This document shows, one piece after another, positions 1 through 12,570 of a DNA stretch of 64,000 bases (position 1 is the first letter of the stretch; the number at the start of each line of letters is the position of its first letter). A program made the translations under genes and the position numbers. The stretch spans positions 629,308 to 693,307 of the forward strand of contig MU061578.1 of the NCBI GenBank assembly GCA_013265495.1, read 5' to 3'. Under the pieces are notes generated by a model. The model ran no database searches. It was not told the DNA's origin and was given only the letters and a program-made list of their open reading frames with translations. The stretch is from Vicugna vicugna (taxonomy: Eukaryota).

Positions 1-60
1 GCTCATTACCCCCTCTCCTCTCTGAATCTTCAAGAGAATTCTCTCATGATTGGAGAAGGG

Positions 61-605
61 TGTATTTGTTATCTAGTGCTGTTCAACAAGTTATTCCAAA
101 ACGTAGATGCTCAAAACAACACATGTTTATTATCTCCTAGTTTCTGTGGGTCAAGAATCAGGGCTTAGCTGGGCTGAGCCCTTGATTGAAGTCTTGCAAA
201 CTGCAACTCAGAGTGTTGGCCAAGGCCTGGGAGTCTCATCTCAAGGGCAAAGATTCACTTCCAAGTCCACTCCCATGCCGCAGGTGGCAGGTTTCAGATC
301 CCTGTGGCTGTTGGTTGTAGGTCACCTCAATTTCTTGCCACATGGGCTCTCCAGAAAGCAGCTCACAACATGATAGTTGGTTTATCAGAGTGAGGGAGAG
401 AGACAGACACCAAGGGAGGACTCTGTCATTGAATCTTGGAAGTGATATTCCATCACTTTGTCATATTGTACTCAGTAGAAGCCAGAATTTAGGTGCAGCC
501 CACACTCAGGAGGTCAGAGGATGGGAGAGAGAGGTTTATGCAAGGACGTGGATCCTAGGAGGTAGGTACCACTGGTGGGGTCATCTTAGATAGCTGTCAT
601 CCACA
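61..605 (-). mobile_element. MaLR solo LTR (MLT1 family)
   Basis: Begins tgtatttgttatctagtgctg...tttattatctc..gtttctgtgggtcaagaatc and ends catcttaga...ccaca, matching the reverse of the MLT1 consensus with TG...CA ends. Confidence 0.8.
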
Positions 606-939
606 ATGAGGCTCAAAGGATCACTCAGGTAATATTTGAGCTTGCACCTTACCTGTCCTAATTTCAGGACCACAGGAAAGGCTGGATTGGATCTTGAGGT
701 CTAAATGGTGACTCCTGTGTTCTTCCCAGTGATTTGGAGTCTGGAGGCCAACATGCTCTGGCAAACTGCAGAACAAGAGGACAGAAAGGGAGCTAGGTCA
801 TAGACAGTGACTTTAACAAGTCAGCCTACCAGCTGCATGTCCGAGAAAGTGCGGAAAATATGAAGAGCTGATCTTGGCTCAGCATTCTCAGCGTGCACAG
901 AAAGCTGGGACACGCGCGCGTGCACACACACACACACAC

Positions 940-1090
940 AATGTGCCAGCCTTTATTCTGTGTGCTTTACAACAACTCTATGAAGTCATTACTATTATTA
1001 TCACCATCCTGATCCTACCAATAAGGAAAGTGAACCCCAGGGACAATAAGTCTCGTGGCAAGCACATTCAGCTAATACAGTAGCTAGGCT
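940..1090. mobile_element. MIR SINE fragment
   Basis: aacaactctatgaag...actattatt...aaggaaagtgaac... resembles the MIR core. Confidence 0.6.
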
Positions 1091-1839
1091 GGGATGCCAG
1101 ATGAAACCCCCTTCTGATGGCTATGGCATAACGTTTCTCTAAAGCCCAGTAACTCTACCCAGTATCCACTGAAAGTTCTAGGCTGTGGTTCATAAACATT
1201 AGCAGAGAAGCAAAAAGTGACCGGGCAGAGACAGATGCAACCAGGAAAGGGAAGATACTGTCTGTTCCTCCCAGCTGCCACCACTCCCTGCAGTCCTTAA
1301 AATATTTAAGGAGCACATAACATTGCCTTTTCTCACCTCATAACACCTCGCACGGTGCCTTGCACACAGAAAGCTCATTATGTGATAATTCAGTGGTTAT
1401 GCTTTTTTCACCCATGTTGGCCAGAGGCTGGGGCATCGTGGGTCTCAGCAGGGCAGCCCTGATAAGCATCAGCTCTGGCACCTGACACACCCGAGTTCAA
1501 ATTCTGGAATCCCTACTTAGTTTGTGTGGCTTGACTTTCCTTATCAGATCCCGAGTTTCCCATCATTAGGATGAAATGCTAGTGTCTCCTGGTGGGCTTG
1601 TCACTATGCTCCCATCATAATGTGTGCCAAGAGCCGATTAATACCAGAGCCAGGGGCTCTGTGAGAGGTAGCTGGTTTGATTCTTATCAGCCGTCATCTG
1701 GGTTTTAAATGGACTTGGCTTCTACTTTACAATCCGACTCTCCCCGTGTGATTTTCAAAAATGTCACTGTTCCCCACTTTAAAAGGTAGAACCTTTGTGT
1801 CCAGCACTGAAATGGCATAATGTTTCAATCTATTATTTA

Positions 1840-2215
1840 AAGTAGGTTGACAATAGCTACGTAAAATCCTCCACCCTACATCTCAGTAGCTTTGTAAACA
1901 TTTTTTTTTCTCTTTCTGTAAATCAGAAGTGAATCGGGGACCTACCTGGGCATCTCTCCTCCAGGCAGCCACGTGGGGACCCAGGATCTTCCTGCACCGT
2001 GGCTGCATCACCCCAGGGCTCTTGGCTTCCAGCCACATGGGCAGGATTAATAGGGCTCAGCGGATCATCCTGGAGGCTCTAGGATCCAGGCTTCAAAGCA
2101 ACTTACACCCTCTCTACTCGTATTCCTTTGGCCAAAACTAGACACATGGTTTTATGTAGATGCAAAATGGCTGAGGAGCACAGTTTGGGGTGTGTCTCTG
2201 GCCTCCTCCATTACA
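1840..2215 (-). mobile_element. Old MaLR LTR fragment (MLT1-like)
   Basis: ggggacccaggatc...cattcc/tattcctttggccaaaactagacacatgg...tgcaa..ggctgag motifs typical of MLT1. Confidence 0.55.
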
Positions 2216-5200
2216 GGAAACTGGGTGGACAGAAGATGCAAAGGACTCCAAGTGAACATTACCTTAATATTATGACATGCACAGCCACGTTTACCATTTT
2301 TTGGTTCTTATTATATGGTCTTACGACTATCATTTTAAGGGCTGCATAAATAGTCTAGGCTGTGTTCTAATTTTCTTAATCATTCTCCTATCATTGGGCA
2401 AACAATTAGGATCATGCTAATCCTCTTCCCTGGAACGTTCCAACTTCATCCTTTGAACACAGATAATGGCGAAGCGCCTGCTTCTGTCACAGGTGCACTG
2501 CTGCGCGTTACAAGCCAAACACCAAAATCAGCCAGTGTAATTCTCATGCCTCCTTAAGCAAAGGAATGTTCACATTCCCAGAGGCTGGCCTGACAGTTCC
2601 TACCCTGGGTTCATTGCCTCTGAATTAGAAGGGGAGAGTTAGATATGTGCCTGAGTCAAATGAGACTTGACTTGGATTATATTTTCTTCCATAGCTGCAA
2701 ACCATCTCTATTATAATGTTCAGTGGCCAGTGTCAGGGAAGAACAGCCGTGGTTTCGAATGATCGCATGGTTCAAAATCAGAGCGTGGTAATGCTTCCCA
2801 GCAAAACTCGCCCCTTTCAGCGGTGTCGCACACACCGTAACTGCAGTCTTCGATGGCGTGGGATTGCAGAGAGTGTGCAAATAAAATGCAGATTTGCTTC
2901 CATTTCACTCCATTCCAACAGCCGTTATTCATAACAGCTTAATGTGCAGCCACTGCATTTCCCAAATGCAATGTGCGGAGGGTTTTGTGCAGTTAAAATT
3001 GGTTTTATAGGCAAGGGAAATGCCACCAGCTCTGCAAAATTGTTGCTACCCTTTCACTATCCTGGATTTAGCTCTCTAGGATGAGTATTCAGATCCTGGA
3101 ATAGTTGTCGCCTCTGTAATGCAAAATCCACACTACCAGAGTCAGGATTATGCTCGGCAATTCACACACACAAACGTGCGCGCGCACACACACACACACA
3201 CGAAGAGCAGCTTATATAACCCTATAAATTAAATATGAAGCCTCTTTGTGCTTTCAGAAAAATCAGAGAGAATCAAAGGCTTGGACAAATTCTTACTCTG
3301 CTTGGAGACTTTGTTGCCCTTGTAAGCCTCTGCATCTTGGGTCCCGATGTTACTCACATCCCTTTTCTATGCTGTGCAGGTTTCTGCATGTGAAGGGTTA
3401 ATCACATGTGGCTTTTAACTCCACTTTAGGGCACTTTACGAAAGACCTGTCTACCAAAATCTAAGCATCATGGCGAGTATTGGGAAAGGAGGAATTGGAG
3501 GCTTTTTTTTTTTTTTAAACACAGCATAGCTCTTTGAAGGCAGTTCATTGTATGACTGCTCCGGTTTCCAGTGGTGAGACAACAGGCGTCCAACAGGGAG
3601 ACAAGTGGAGTCATTGCTGAGTGATATTGGAGACTCATTGGTCAGAACATAACCTTCATATATAAAGAATCTGTATCTATATGCTGTCTTTCATATATAA
3701 AGATTATGTTCTGACCCACTGAGTTTAGCACTGGTTTTCGAGGATTGTACCTGGATTTGGTCTGATCCATTTTTACTCATCTTCACTTTTCAGACCAATG
3801 GCCCCTGTTTACCTTCCCTCGGTTTGGCAGTTTAATTTTCAGACTTTGGGTTATGCCTGTGTATTCCTGACATTTGCCTCCATCATTCAGAAACCATTTT
3901 GGTATTCAACACCCCTTTGAACTAAAGTTTCCTGATGAAAGCGCCACCTCAGATTGTTTAATGAGCAGGGAGCATGTCCAAGGACCCCAACACAGTGACA
4001 TGGCATGTGGTCCTTTCTAGAGTCCACATTGGGGAATGTCAGTGGGATGGAGATGGACAAGGCACAGCATCCCCACAGTTGCCACACAGCTGGTTTTGCT
4101 GAAAGCAGCTCAGACCATAGCATAGTGGCATCTCCCCCATCATTCTCGGAGTGGGACATTAAAGTGAGACGTGCATAATCAAGTAATTTTGATTCATTTT
4201 TGGGGAAGCGATGCCATTTAGCGAAATCCAGTAAATTGTCCCTTTCAGCACTAATAACATGTTCTGAGCTTTCCCCGCTAGACGTGGTGTAATGGTAATA
4301 TAATAGGATTGCTATGGCAATTAAGTGATTGCATATTTTTGGGCAATGGAGGGCATCCACCGGGGCACAAACCATTAGTAAAATGGAAATGTTGTCACAG
4401 GATTGGTTGGGATCTGGCTCAGGAATTGGGGACACACACCACCATCCATTTTATTTTCCAAGAAATTTGGAGGTGGGTTTATAATATCACTGGGCTCCAC
4501 TAGTCACACTGGGGTTGTACTGGGAAGAGTCCAATAGAGTCTTTACTTAGCAAGTGACCATCATCACCATTAAAGCCTTTAACAAATCTTTATCTGCACA
4601 GATGCTGGACAAAGTAGATTATTGGATTTGCTTTCTGCTGGCTGAAGGGCAGTTTGAAGGAGGACATTCCATACCTTGTAAACACCAGTGATTCCTTTGT
4701 TTACAGAAAGGTGTATGATTTCCGTTTAGGAAAGTTTCTAGGGATCTCCTTATCCATGCCCCCCGCTCCCCACCCCTCCCCACCACATACATACCAATTA
4801 CCATGTAAGAGTAATAGATAAGAAGACATTATCCCCATTTCACAGACGAGGATGCTGATTTCTGATGACCAGTCCCTGTTCAGCTTAAGTCCGTAGCACT
4901 GTGCATCACTGAAGAAGGGACACCTGAGGTTGGAAACTCTGGACTGTTAGGTCCCCCTCCCCAAACCAAGCGACCTGCTGTCAGCGAATTTGTTCTTTCT
5001 TTTTCATGTTTTCAGCTGGCATTACAAGGATCGGTTAAGGTGGTTGTTAGTACATGGGTGATTGCTATACATTGTTCTGTGCTCTTTGTTATGTCTGAAA
5101 CTTGGCGTAACGACAAATGACCAATAATAGAATTAATTGATTGCCAAAAGTGGAGATAACAACCTTGGTGAATCTTCTAGGCTTATTGAATGTAGAACGT

Positions 5201-5650
5201 GAATAGTATATATTATGGAATTTAGTAAGTGCTCATTTCTGTGTTCCCATTTTTGTTGTTGTTGCTCGTATTATAACCTTTGGAGGAGTGGTAGTAAGAC
5301 AGTGACTATAGGGTCTTCATCTCCTGCCTTTTACTCCTAAACTGTAGACCCGTTGGAAAGACTAGGGCCTCGTAGGTAGGATTAAAGATCCCACTTGCTT
5401 TCGCTTGGTGGGGTCTTTGCACAGGCTGTGCCTCCTACACAGAACCCTCTCTCTCCACTGTCATCCATCTCCCCAAAGCACCCCTGTTCTTCCTCCAAGA
5501 CTCTCCAGCAAGTTCACAATCTGTCGTAAACACAATCTATCACAGAGCTATTAACAGCACAGGCACCATGATGCACGGAATCTGTACTCCACACACCAGA
5601 CCAAGTCGGGTCTCCTTTTAATGCTCTCAGCATGCCTTATACCTTTCTGT

Positions 5651-6190
5651 TTTTATTGTGGTAAAATACACATATCATAAAATTGACCATTCTAACCATT
5701 TTAAAGTGAACAATTCAGTGGCATTTAGTACATTCATAATGTTGTACAACCATCACCACCATCTAGTTCCAGAATTTTATGACCCCAAAAGGAAACCATA
5801 TGCCCATTAAACAGTCACTCGCCATTCCTCCCTCCTCCATTCCCTGATAACTACTAATATGCTTTCTCTGTCTACAAGTTTGCCTAGTCCGCATATTTCC
5901 ATACAGATGGAATTGTATAATATAATTGTATGTATGGCTCCTTTCACTTAGAATACTGTTCACAAGATTCTTCTGTGTTATAACATGGATTGGTACTTCG
6001 TTCCTTTCAAAGGACACCACCAAGAGACTAAGAAGACAGTCCATAGAACTGTAGAAAATATTTGCAAATCATATGACCAATAAGGATCTGGTATCCAGAA
6101 TATATAAAGAACTGTTACAACTCAACAACAAAAAGACAAGTGCATGAAGAGATGCTCAATGTTATGAGTCATCAAGGAAATGCAGATCAC
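5651..6190. mobile_element. L1 (L1MB-like) with inverted 5' segment
   Basis: Minus-strand L1 3' end (5651-~6007) joined to a plus-strand ORF2 segment (~6008-6190), flanked by acctttct(g/t)t repeats at 5641-5650 and 6191-6200. Confidence 0.8.
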
Positions 6191-6969
6191 ACCTTTCTTT
6201 AAAAACCCCACCCATCACACTTTGTACTTATTGACGTCATTCTTTGATTAAGATCTGTGTCCTCCACTGGACTGAAGTTTCTAAAAGAACTGGAACCGTA
6301 TCTCTATTAATTGTTGTCATCCTAGCACAGAGTTTGGCATGAAAGGATTGGACAAGGAGAAACAAAAAAGCTTTAGGAGGTCCAAAAAAGAATAATGTCA
6401 ACTTTTGCAAATTATGGAAATACTACATGGAGTTGGTGGATGTCACATTCATGTTCAAGGGAAGCAGCAGTTTTCCTCTGACCTCCTCTCCTAGATCTCC
6501 AGACTCTGAGACGTCATGATTTGGCGATTTCTGTCGTTGCTGGTGGTGGTTTTGAGCTACCCTGTGCTTATTGACTGCCTACTACAAGTGAGGCATTGCG
6601 CTATCTGCCAAAGATGTGACTATGAGTTCATAAAATGATGGTTTAAGTTTTACATAGACCTTTAGGCACAGATCTCACTCTCCCAGTTTGCGTAGGAAGG
6701 AACTAGGCTCAGAAAACCCCTTAAATTAATGATTCAAGGACCTATGACTAGGACCAAGAACTTGTGTGTCCAGTCCATCCTTCATTTCTCGACAGCCTCT
6801 GCATTCCCTGCATGAAACGCAGGGCTCAGAGAATGGGAGATGTCCAAAGTCACTTAATGAAGAGTTGATGGTTATGAAGGAAGGAGGAAGGGAAGGGAAG
6901 AAATAAAGGAAAGAATGATTAAAGTTTGGACACTCATTGTTTCTTCAGATGGATAGAATGGTACCAATA

Positions 6970-7190
6970 GTTAATATTTATTGAGTCCTTGCTGTCTGCC
7001 AAGCATTGTGAGGAGCACTCTACTATCATTGTCTCACTGACTCTATACATCTATAGGATGTAAGCACTATTTAAGTATTATCATTCCTGTTTTGAGGAAG
7101 AGGAAATGTAGGCACAGGGACTCGATTAACTGGCTTAGGGCCAGCCAGACGGCAGTGAATGGAACCAGGATTTGAACTCAGGGATTCCAC
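6970..7190. mobile_element. MIR SINE
   Basis: aatatttattgag...tgccaagcattgtg...gaggaaat.taggcacagg...ccaggatttgaactcagg. Confidence 0.75.
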
Positions 7191-7699
7191 ATCCAGTGAC
7201 CATGTCCCCACCATTGGCTATAGGTGCCTCCAAAGTAGAGTACAGCCCAGGGTTCCTGCCCCTGCATTCAGAGGCCTTAGACTTTGTAACACTTTGTAGA
7301 AACAAACGTTTTCTGTTCCTGCTGTCCTTGCTACAAATTTCCAGCAGCACACCAGGAAGGCAGAGGCTGCCCTGCTCCCCTCAGTCAGCTCATCGGGAAG
7401 AATTTCCTACCATCCTGATGAGTGAGAAGCAAAACAACATGCCTGTCCAACATGAATTGCTCTGAAGGCTCCAATAGTGGACAGAGACAAGAGCCAGTAG
7501 CTGGGGAGTGTCCAAGGGGCTGCCATCCTGGAAGAGTGGACAATTTCTTGGGCTGCAGAGACCTTTGAATGAGATGCTGCCAGGAGAGCAGGAAGAACAC
7601 AGGGCAAGAGAGCTGCGTCCCAAGCCCTGCTCTGTGCCTGGATCAGAGACGGTCACAGCTGAGCAGCACCTCACACCCGTGCCGACCTCGAGGACCCTT

Positions 7700-8015
7700 G
7701 TCGCTGTCCTTGCCATGTGCATGATCTTCCTTCAGATCTTTGCGTCACTGGTCCCACTTATCGCCCAGATCTTGTTTGAAATATCACATCTTCCTAGAGC
7801 TCTTCCCAAGACCTCTGATCAACAGTAATGACCCCTCTCCATCACTCAGTAGAGCATTAACCTGTGTTATGCTTTTCATATCACTGATCATCATCTGAAA
7901 ATATCTCCTTTATTCTCTTGTCACTTTGCTCAGTGGTTTATTCCTCTCTGTGTATCATCTGTAATTACTTTTCATGGTCATTGCTGGCACCTAGAACAAT
8001 ACTTGACATATGTTG
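7700..8015. mobile_element. L2 3' fragment
   Basis: cagatcttgtttgaaatatcacatcttc...cacctagaacaatacttgacata resembles the L2 3' end. Confidence 0.6.
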
Positions 8016-8100
8016 AGAAAAGGAAGGAAGAAAGGAATGAAGGAAGGAAGGAAGAGTAGAAGGAAGGAAAGAAGGAAGAAAGGAAAAGGAAGGAAGAAAA
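8016..8100. repeat. (GGAA)n-like purine simple repeat
   Basis: Degenerate ggaa/gaag array seen directly. Confidence 0.85.
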
Positions 8101-8119
8101 GGAACTTTAGTGATAATCA

Positions 8120-8240
8120 ACTTTACATTGTTTAGAGGAAGCCATTGAGGCACAGAGAGGTTAACTGGCATGCCCAAAGTCACACAGCAAGTGAATAGGA
8201 GAGCCAAGGTTTAAACTCATATCTATCTGACTCAACAGCT
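8120..8240. mobile_element. MIR SINE core
   Basis: tgaggcacagagaggttaactggcatgcccaaagtcacacagcaagt. Confidence 0.8.
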
Positions 8241-9369
8241 TCTACTTTTTCCTATGATCTCTCACTGCCTTAATGGTTATCATTCTCACAGGGATGAAGG
8301 TTTCCTGAAATACTATTCCTACTTTCTGCATTGAAAGTAAGCCCACCATTTCTCTGGCTTCTTCCCCCACTCTGGATATTTTCTTATATCAACTTGAGCG
8401 TTGTTGTCACTGGCTTTTTCTACAAACGTTTGACGCTAACAGAAGAGAAATGTCTCTTGTTCCAGTCCATCCCCTATCCTGCACCCAGAGCAGTCTTTGG
8501 AAAAAAGGATGGATACCTAAGGTTCTCACTCTGCACACCGCCACTGCTTCCCATATCTGTTTAACAACAGCATGTTGTTATTTTTAGGATGAACACCCAA
8601 GGAGGGAAGCCATGGTGTTTGAAGAAAGTTACCATCTAGACAATCTCTCTCCCTTAGATGAGTTTTTGCTTTATTCTAGACACTCAAAACCCTCAAGTAA
8701 GTATTCAATGTATTCAAAACATTCAAGTAAGAAAAGCAGCGCATCTTTGATCATTTAAAAACACTCACTAAAAAGAAAAATAAACTTAATTGAAGAAGAA
8801 ACGTGAAGTCCTCTTGATCGCTATGAAAACATAGCCAATTATCAAGACAATTTCCAAATAACCCCAAAGCTTGTATAAATGTCTTTTAGCACTGGGAGAG
8901 TAAAACTAAATATTTACTACATGCCAAACAAAATTAAGATTTATCTGGCACCAAAGGAAAAAAGAGAAAGCTACTTCTGCAAGCTGAAATCCCACCGCTA
9001 CAAAGAGAAGCAGGGCCTTTTGAAAGGAAAACATTTTAACCGTGTTTACAAGGGTCATTTCCATGTTTTTGAAACTCCGCTGTTAAATAATGCATGTTTC
9101 TCAAGTGAAAAAATAAAGCAGCTAAGTACTGTCTCCTCGAAGAAAGTCTAGGTGAAAGAGAAGACTGAACCCACTGGGGCAGTGGTGCCTTCCTTCCCAA
9201 GAGAGGATGGAGAGGAGCAGGGCGTTGGGCCGTGGGGTCTTATACAAGATCTGTAGCTTTTTTTGGTCTCTTCAGGCAGTTGGGCTGCAGGGAGGCAGGG
9301 ATAGGGCTGCAGAGCAGGTAGCATGCTGGCTTGGGAGCGAGACACACTGTGGGCCCCACTCCCAGCTCA

Positions 9370-9850
9370 CTCACTTTCTTCCAGGCACATTCTTTAACTC
9401 TAGCTGCCACCTGACTAGGGATAGTTGCTTAGCTCTCAGAGCATCAGGAGAAGAAGAAGTTAAATAGCTTATGTAAAGCATGGTGCCTTGTGTGTAGTAA
9501 CCACCCCTCTGTGTCCCAGTGACCACTGCAGGTGGGTCTGGGCCATGTGACGCACTCTGGCCAATGGGCAACATGCTGAAGTTATGTGAGTCACTTCCAG
9601 GAAGAGGGCACAGGTTTCTAAAGTGCCCTCGCCTCCTGGTGTGGAATCCAGGAAGCTGTGCTGAGATGGTGGCTTCACCAGATGGTAGCATCTCCATGAG
9701 TTTGGTTTCTGAGGGACTATGTAGAGAGGAGTCCTCCCCCTGCCCGCCACCACTGACTACGAGGGACAGAGAGCGTGAGTGGGACATACATCTTTGTTGT
9801 TGGGCCGCTGGGATTCTGGGTTAATTTGTCACCGCAGTAGTTAACCTGAT
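9370..9850 (+). mobile_element. MaLR solo LTR (MLT1-like)
   Basis: ggccatgtgac..tctggccaatgg...gtgacttcc-type motif and 3' end ttgtcaccgcagtagttaacctga. Confidence 0.65.
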
Positions 9851-9989
9851 GCCTAACATGATTTAGTACTATTTTTCTTATCATTTCTTGATCAAAGCAG
9901 GAGGGGGCCAGAAACCCTCGGGGAAGTCAGGGGAAGGATTCTTAAAGCTGGCTTGCATAGAGACACATTTTTATTAACAATATCTTCTG

Positions 9990-10125
9990 TTTTATATATA
10001 TATATAAATATAGATTTTATATATATATATAGATAGAATATATATATATATATACTATCTATCTTCTGTCTATATATATTCTATGTAATATATCTATAAA
10101 ATATCTATATCATCTGTAGATAAAT
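9990..10125. repeat. (TA)n-rich low-complexity tract
   Basis: Degenerate TA array seen directly. Confidence 0.85.
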
Positions 10126-10669
10126 GTTTTTACCCAACTCTTAATTCCTGCTGGTGTATGGGTTTTACCAATCCTTGTGAGCGACCTTAAACAATTTCTG
10201 AAATTAGGAAGGAAGGTATGTATTTCCTCCCAATGCATTCTTGGAACTGCTGCTTTTTTGGATTTCTAAAATGCCACCTTGCCCCTGCCAGACACCCACT
10301 GTTCCCATTTCTATGAAGATAAAACACAGTCTCTTCACCTGACAATCAAGGCTGTCTGAGGCTGGCCCCTGCATTCTCATTCCTTTCTAAACACTCCGCT
10401 ACAGTCATTCAGGCAACTGCTGACATCACTTGCCCGTCTCTGCAAGATTCAGGGACTCTGAATGTCAACATCTCTGCTTTTATCATATCTGCATCCTGAA
10501 ATGTTCCTCTGGTCTCCTTTCCAACTCTTTAAAAAGTAATAGTACAACATTAAAAAACAAACAGACTTACCTAGTGTTTCTTTTCCTTGAAGGAAGAAAC
10601 CTAAATGAGAAAGGGAGACTTAACTGTTTTTTTTTTTTTGATTGTCCCAAGGATTCCAAGGACTTTGCC

Positions 10670-11220
10670 TTTTTTTTTAATAGCAGCTTTATTGAGATAC
10701 AATTGATCTATTCAAAGTATAACTGTAAATGTTTTTGATCTAGTTACACAGTTGTGCAAATATCAACACCACAGTCAACCTTAGAACATTTTCCTCACTG
10801 CCACCTTGCCCTAAAAATATTCACACCTATTAGCAGTCATTCCCTTTTCCCCCTACCCCCAAACCCCTAAAAATGGCTACTTTCTGTCTGTATAGATTTG
10901 CCTATTCTGGACATTTCATATAAATGGAGTCACAGTATGTGGTCTTCTGTGAATGGCCTCTATCATTTAGACTAATGTGTTCAAGGATCACCTATATTGT
11001 AACGTGTCAGGACTTTATTCTTTTTGAAGACTGACTAATATTTCACTGCACAGATAAATAAACTGCAGTTTGTCCATTCATCAGATGATGGGCTTTTTTC
11101 ACTTTTTTATTATGATTCATGCTAATATGTACACTTATATAATTTTTTCATAGATGTACATTTTCATTTCTCTTGGGTATAAACCTAGATATGGAACTGC
11201 TGGGTTGTATGCTGACTATG
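10670..11220 (-). mobile_element. L1 (L1MB-like) 3' end
   Basis: cagctttattgagatacaatt...ctttctgtctgtatagatttgcctattctggacatttcatataaatggagtc...ggaactgctgggttgtatg. Confidence 0.85.
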
Positions 11221-12359
11221 TTTTTGGTGTGTTTTTGGCTGTCGTTGTTGTTAAATTAAAGTGCAATTTATTCTCACTTCCTATGACCCATGTGCGGAGG
11301 AGAGGGAAGCACCCCTGGTGCAGAGCTCACCACGCTGCACTTGGTGATGGCAGTTGAGAGAGGAGATACTTTTATCCCAGCAGCCAGAGGGCACTCAGGA
11401 GTTCCAGGCTAGAAATGGCAAATGCACTGGAGATGTGTTCTGTTGCCACCTTCCTCTGATGCTCCTTGTGCCTTCACAGGGCCTGCACGGAGCAAGTAGG
11501 CACGCATTCTTGATAGTGGGAGAGGTGTGCCTGCTGCTTGGGAGGCACATTTGGGGTCCAGATGGAACAAACCCCTCCCTCTGCACCCAGATAATAAGGA
11601 TGATCATGAAGATACTTGGCATCATCACCATCACTTACATAAACACCTTCTACGTAACCAGCCTTTTCAGTATGAACCCACTCAACCTTCAAAATGAACT
11701 CATTAGACGGATATTAATTTTCCTTTTTATGTTTGAGGAGGCTCAGCAATTTAGAAGAGCATGCTGAGAGTCACCCAACTGATATGTGAACAGAAGTCTC
11801 CTGGTTTTCAAGCCTAAGGCTTAACCACCTTACTGTGTTCTACAGCAGCCTGGGTGGAAACTCCAAATATAGCTGTGAACTGAATTAGTGTCCCATGTAC
11901 GTCCCAGAGTTAGGTGAGTCCCCAGATCTGTCCCTGTTACTGAATGAAGCATGATCCTAAATATGGCTCATTTGTTAAGTCTGGGAAGGTGACAATAGTT
12001 ACCGCTACGAAAATTGTTTATACATATGTTAAAGTACCTCAGTTATTTTTCAATTTATCAAATGGATGTGACCAAAATCACAAATCGCTGCTTTGCAGTT
12101 GAAGATTGGAAACATGAAATAATGGAAAATGGACATTTTAAACCAAGTTTATTTTTTTCGGACTCTCTATAACATCATTCAGATTGTGAAAATTTGATGC
12201 GTTCATTGTAGAAGATCATGTCGAAAAGAATGTAGGGAATTTGGAAAAACCAAGGAAGTAAAACCAAAAAAAGTCATCCTTAACCCTACCATCCAGAAAC
12301 AACCACAGTTCCCATCTCTGTTTGTTTTAAATTCATTGAAAGTGAAATTGGGACCACAG

Positions 12360-12570
12360 GATAGGAATTAAAGGCCCCGATGCTGGAATCAGACAGCCCT
12401 GAACTTGATTTCCAGCTGCTGGCTGTCTGAACTTGGACCAGTTACTTAACCCCCTGAAAATTCAGGGAAGTTGCACCTACCTCTCTGGTTGAGAATTAAA
12501 TGCCATGATGCATATACAGCGTTTAACGGAGCGTCTGGCACATGGCAAGGGTATGGTCTTTGGTAGCAAT
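12360..12570. mobile_element. MIR SINE
   Basis: ctggaatcagacag...ttggaccagttacttaac...gaattaaatg...gcgtctggcacatgg. Confidence 0.7.

Noticed and set aside
3163..3202. Alternating purine-pyrimidine (CA)n/(CG)n tracts, also at ~910-940, 39196-39217 and 43640-43677
   Set aside because: Ordinary microsatellites; Z-DNA potential alone does not indicate function.
3887..4435. 182-aa minus-strand ORF
   Set aside because: Not a true ATG start, no recognisable homology and no supporting exon structure.
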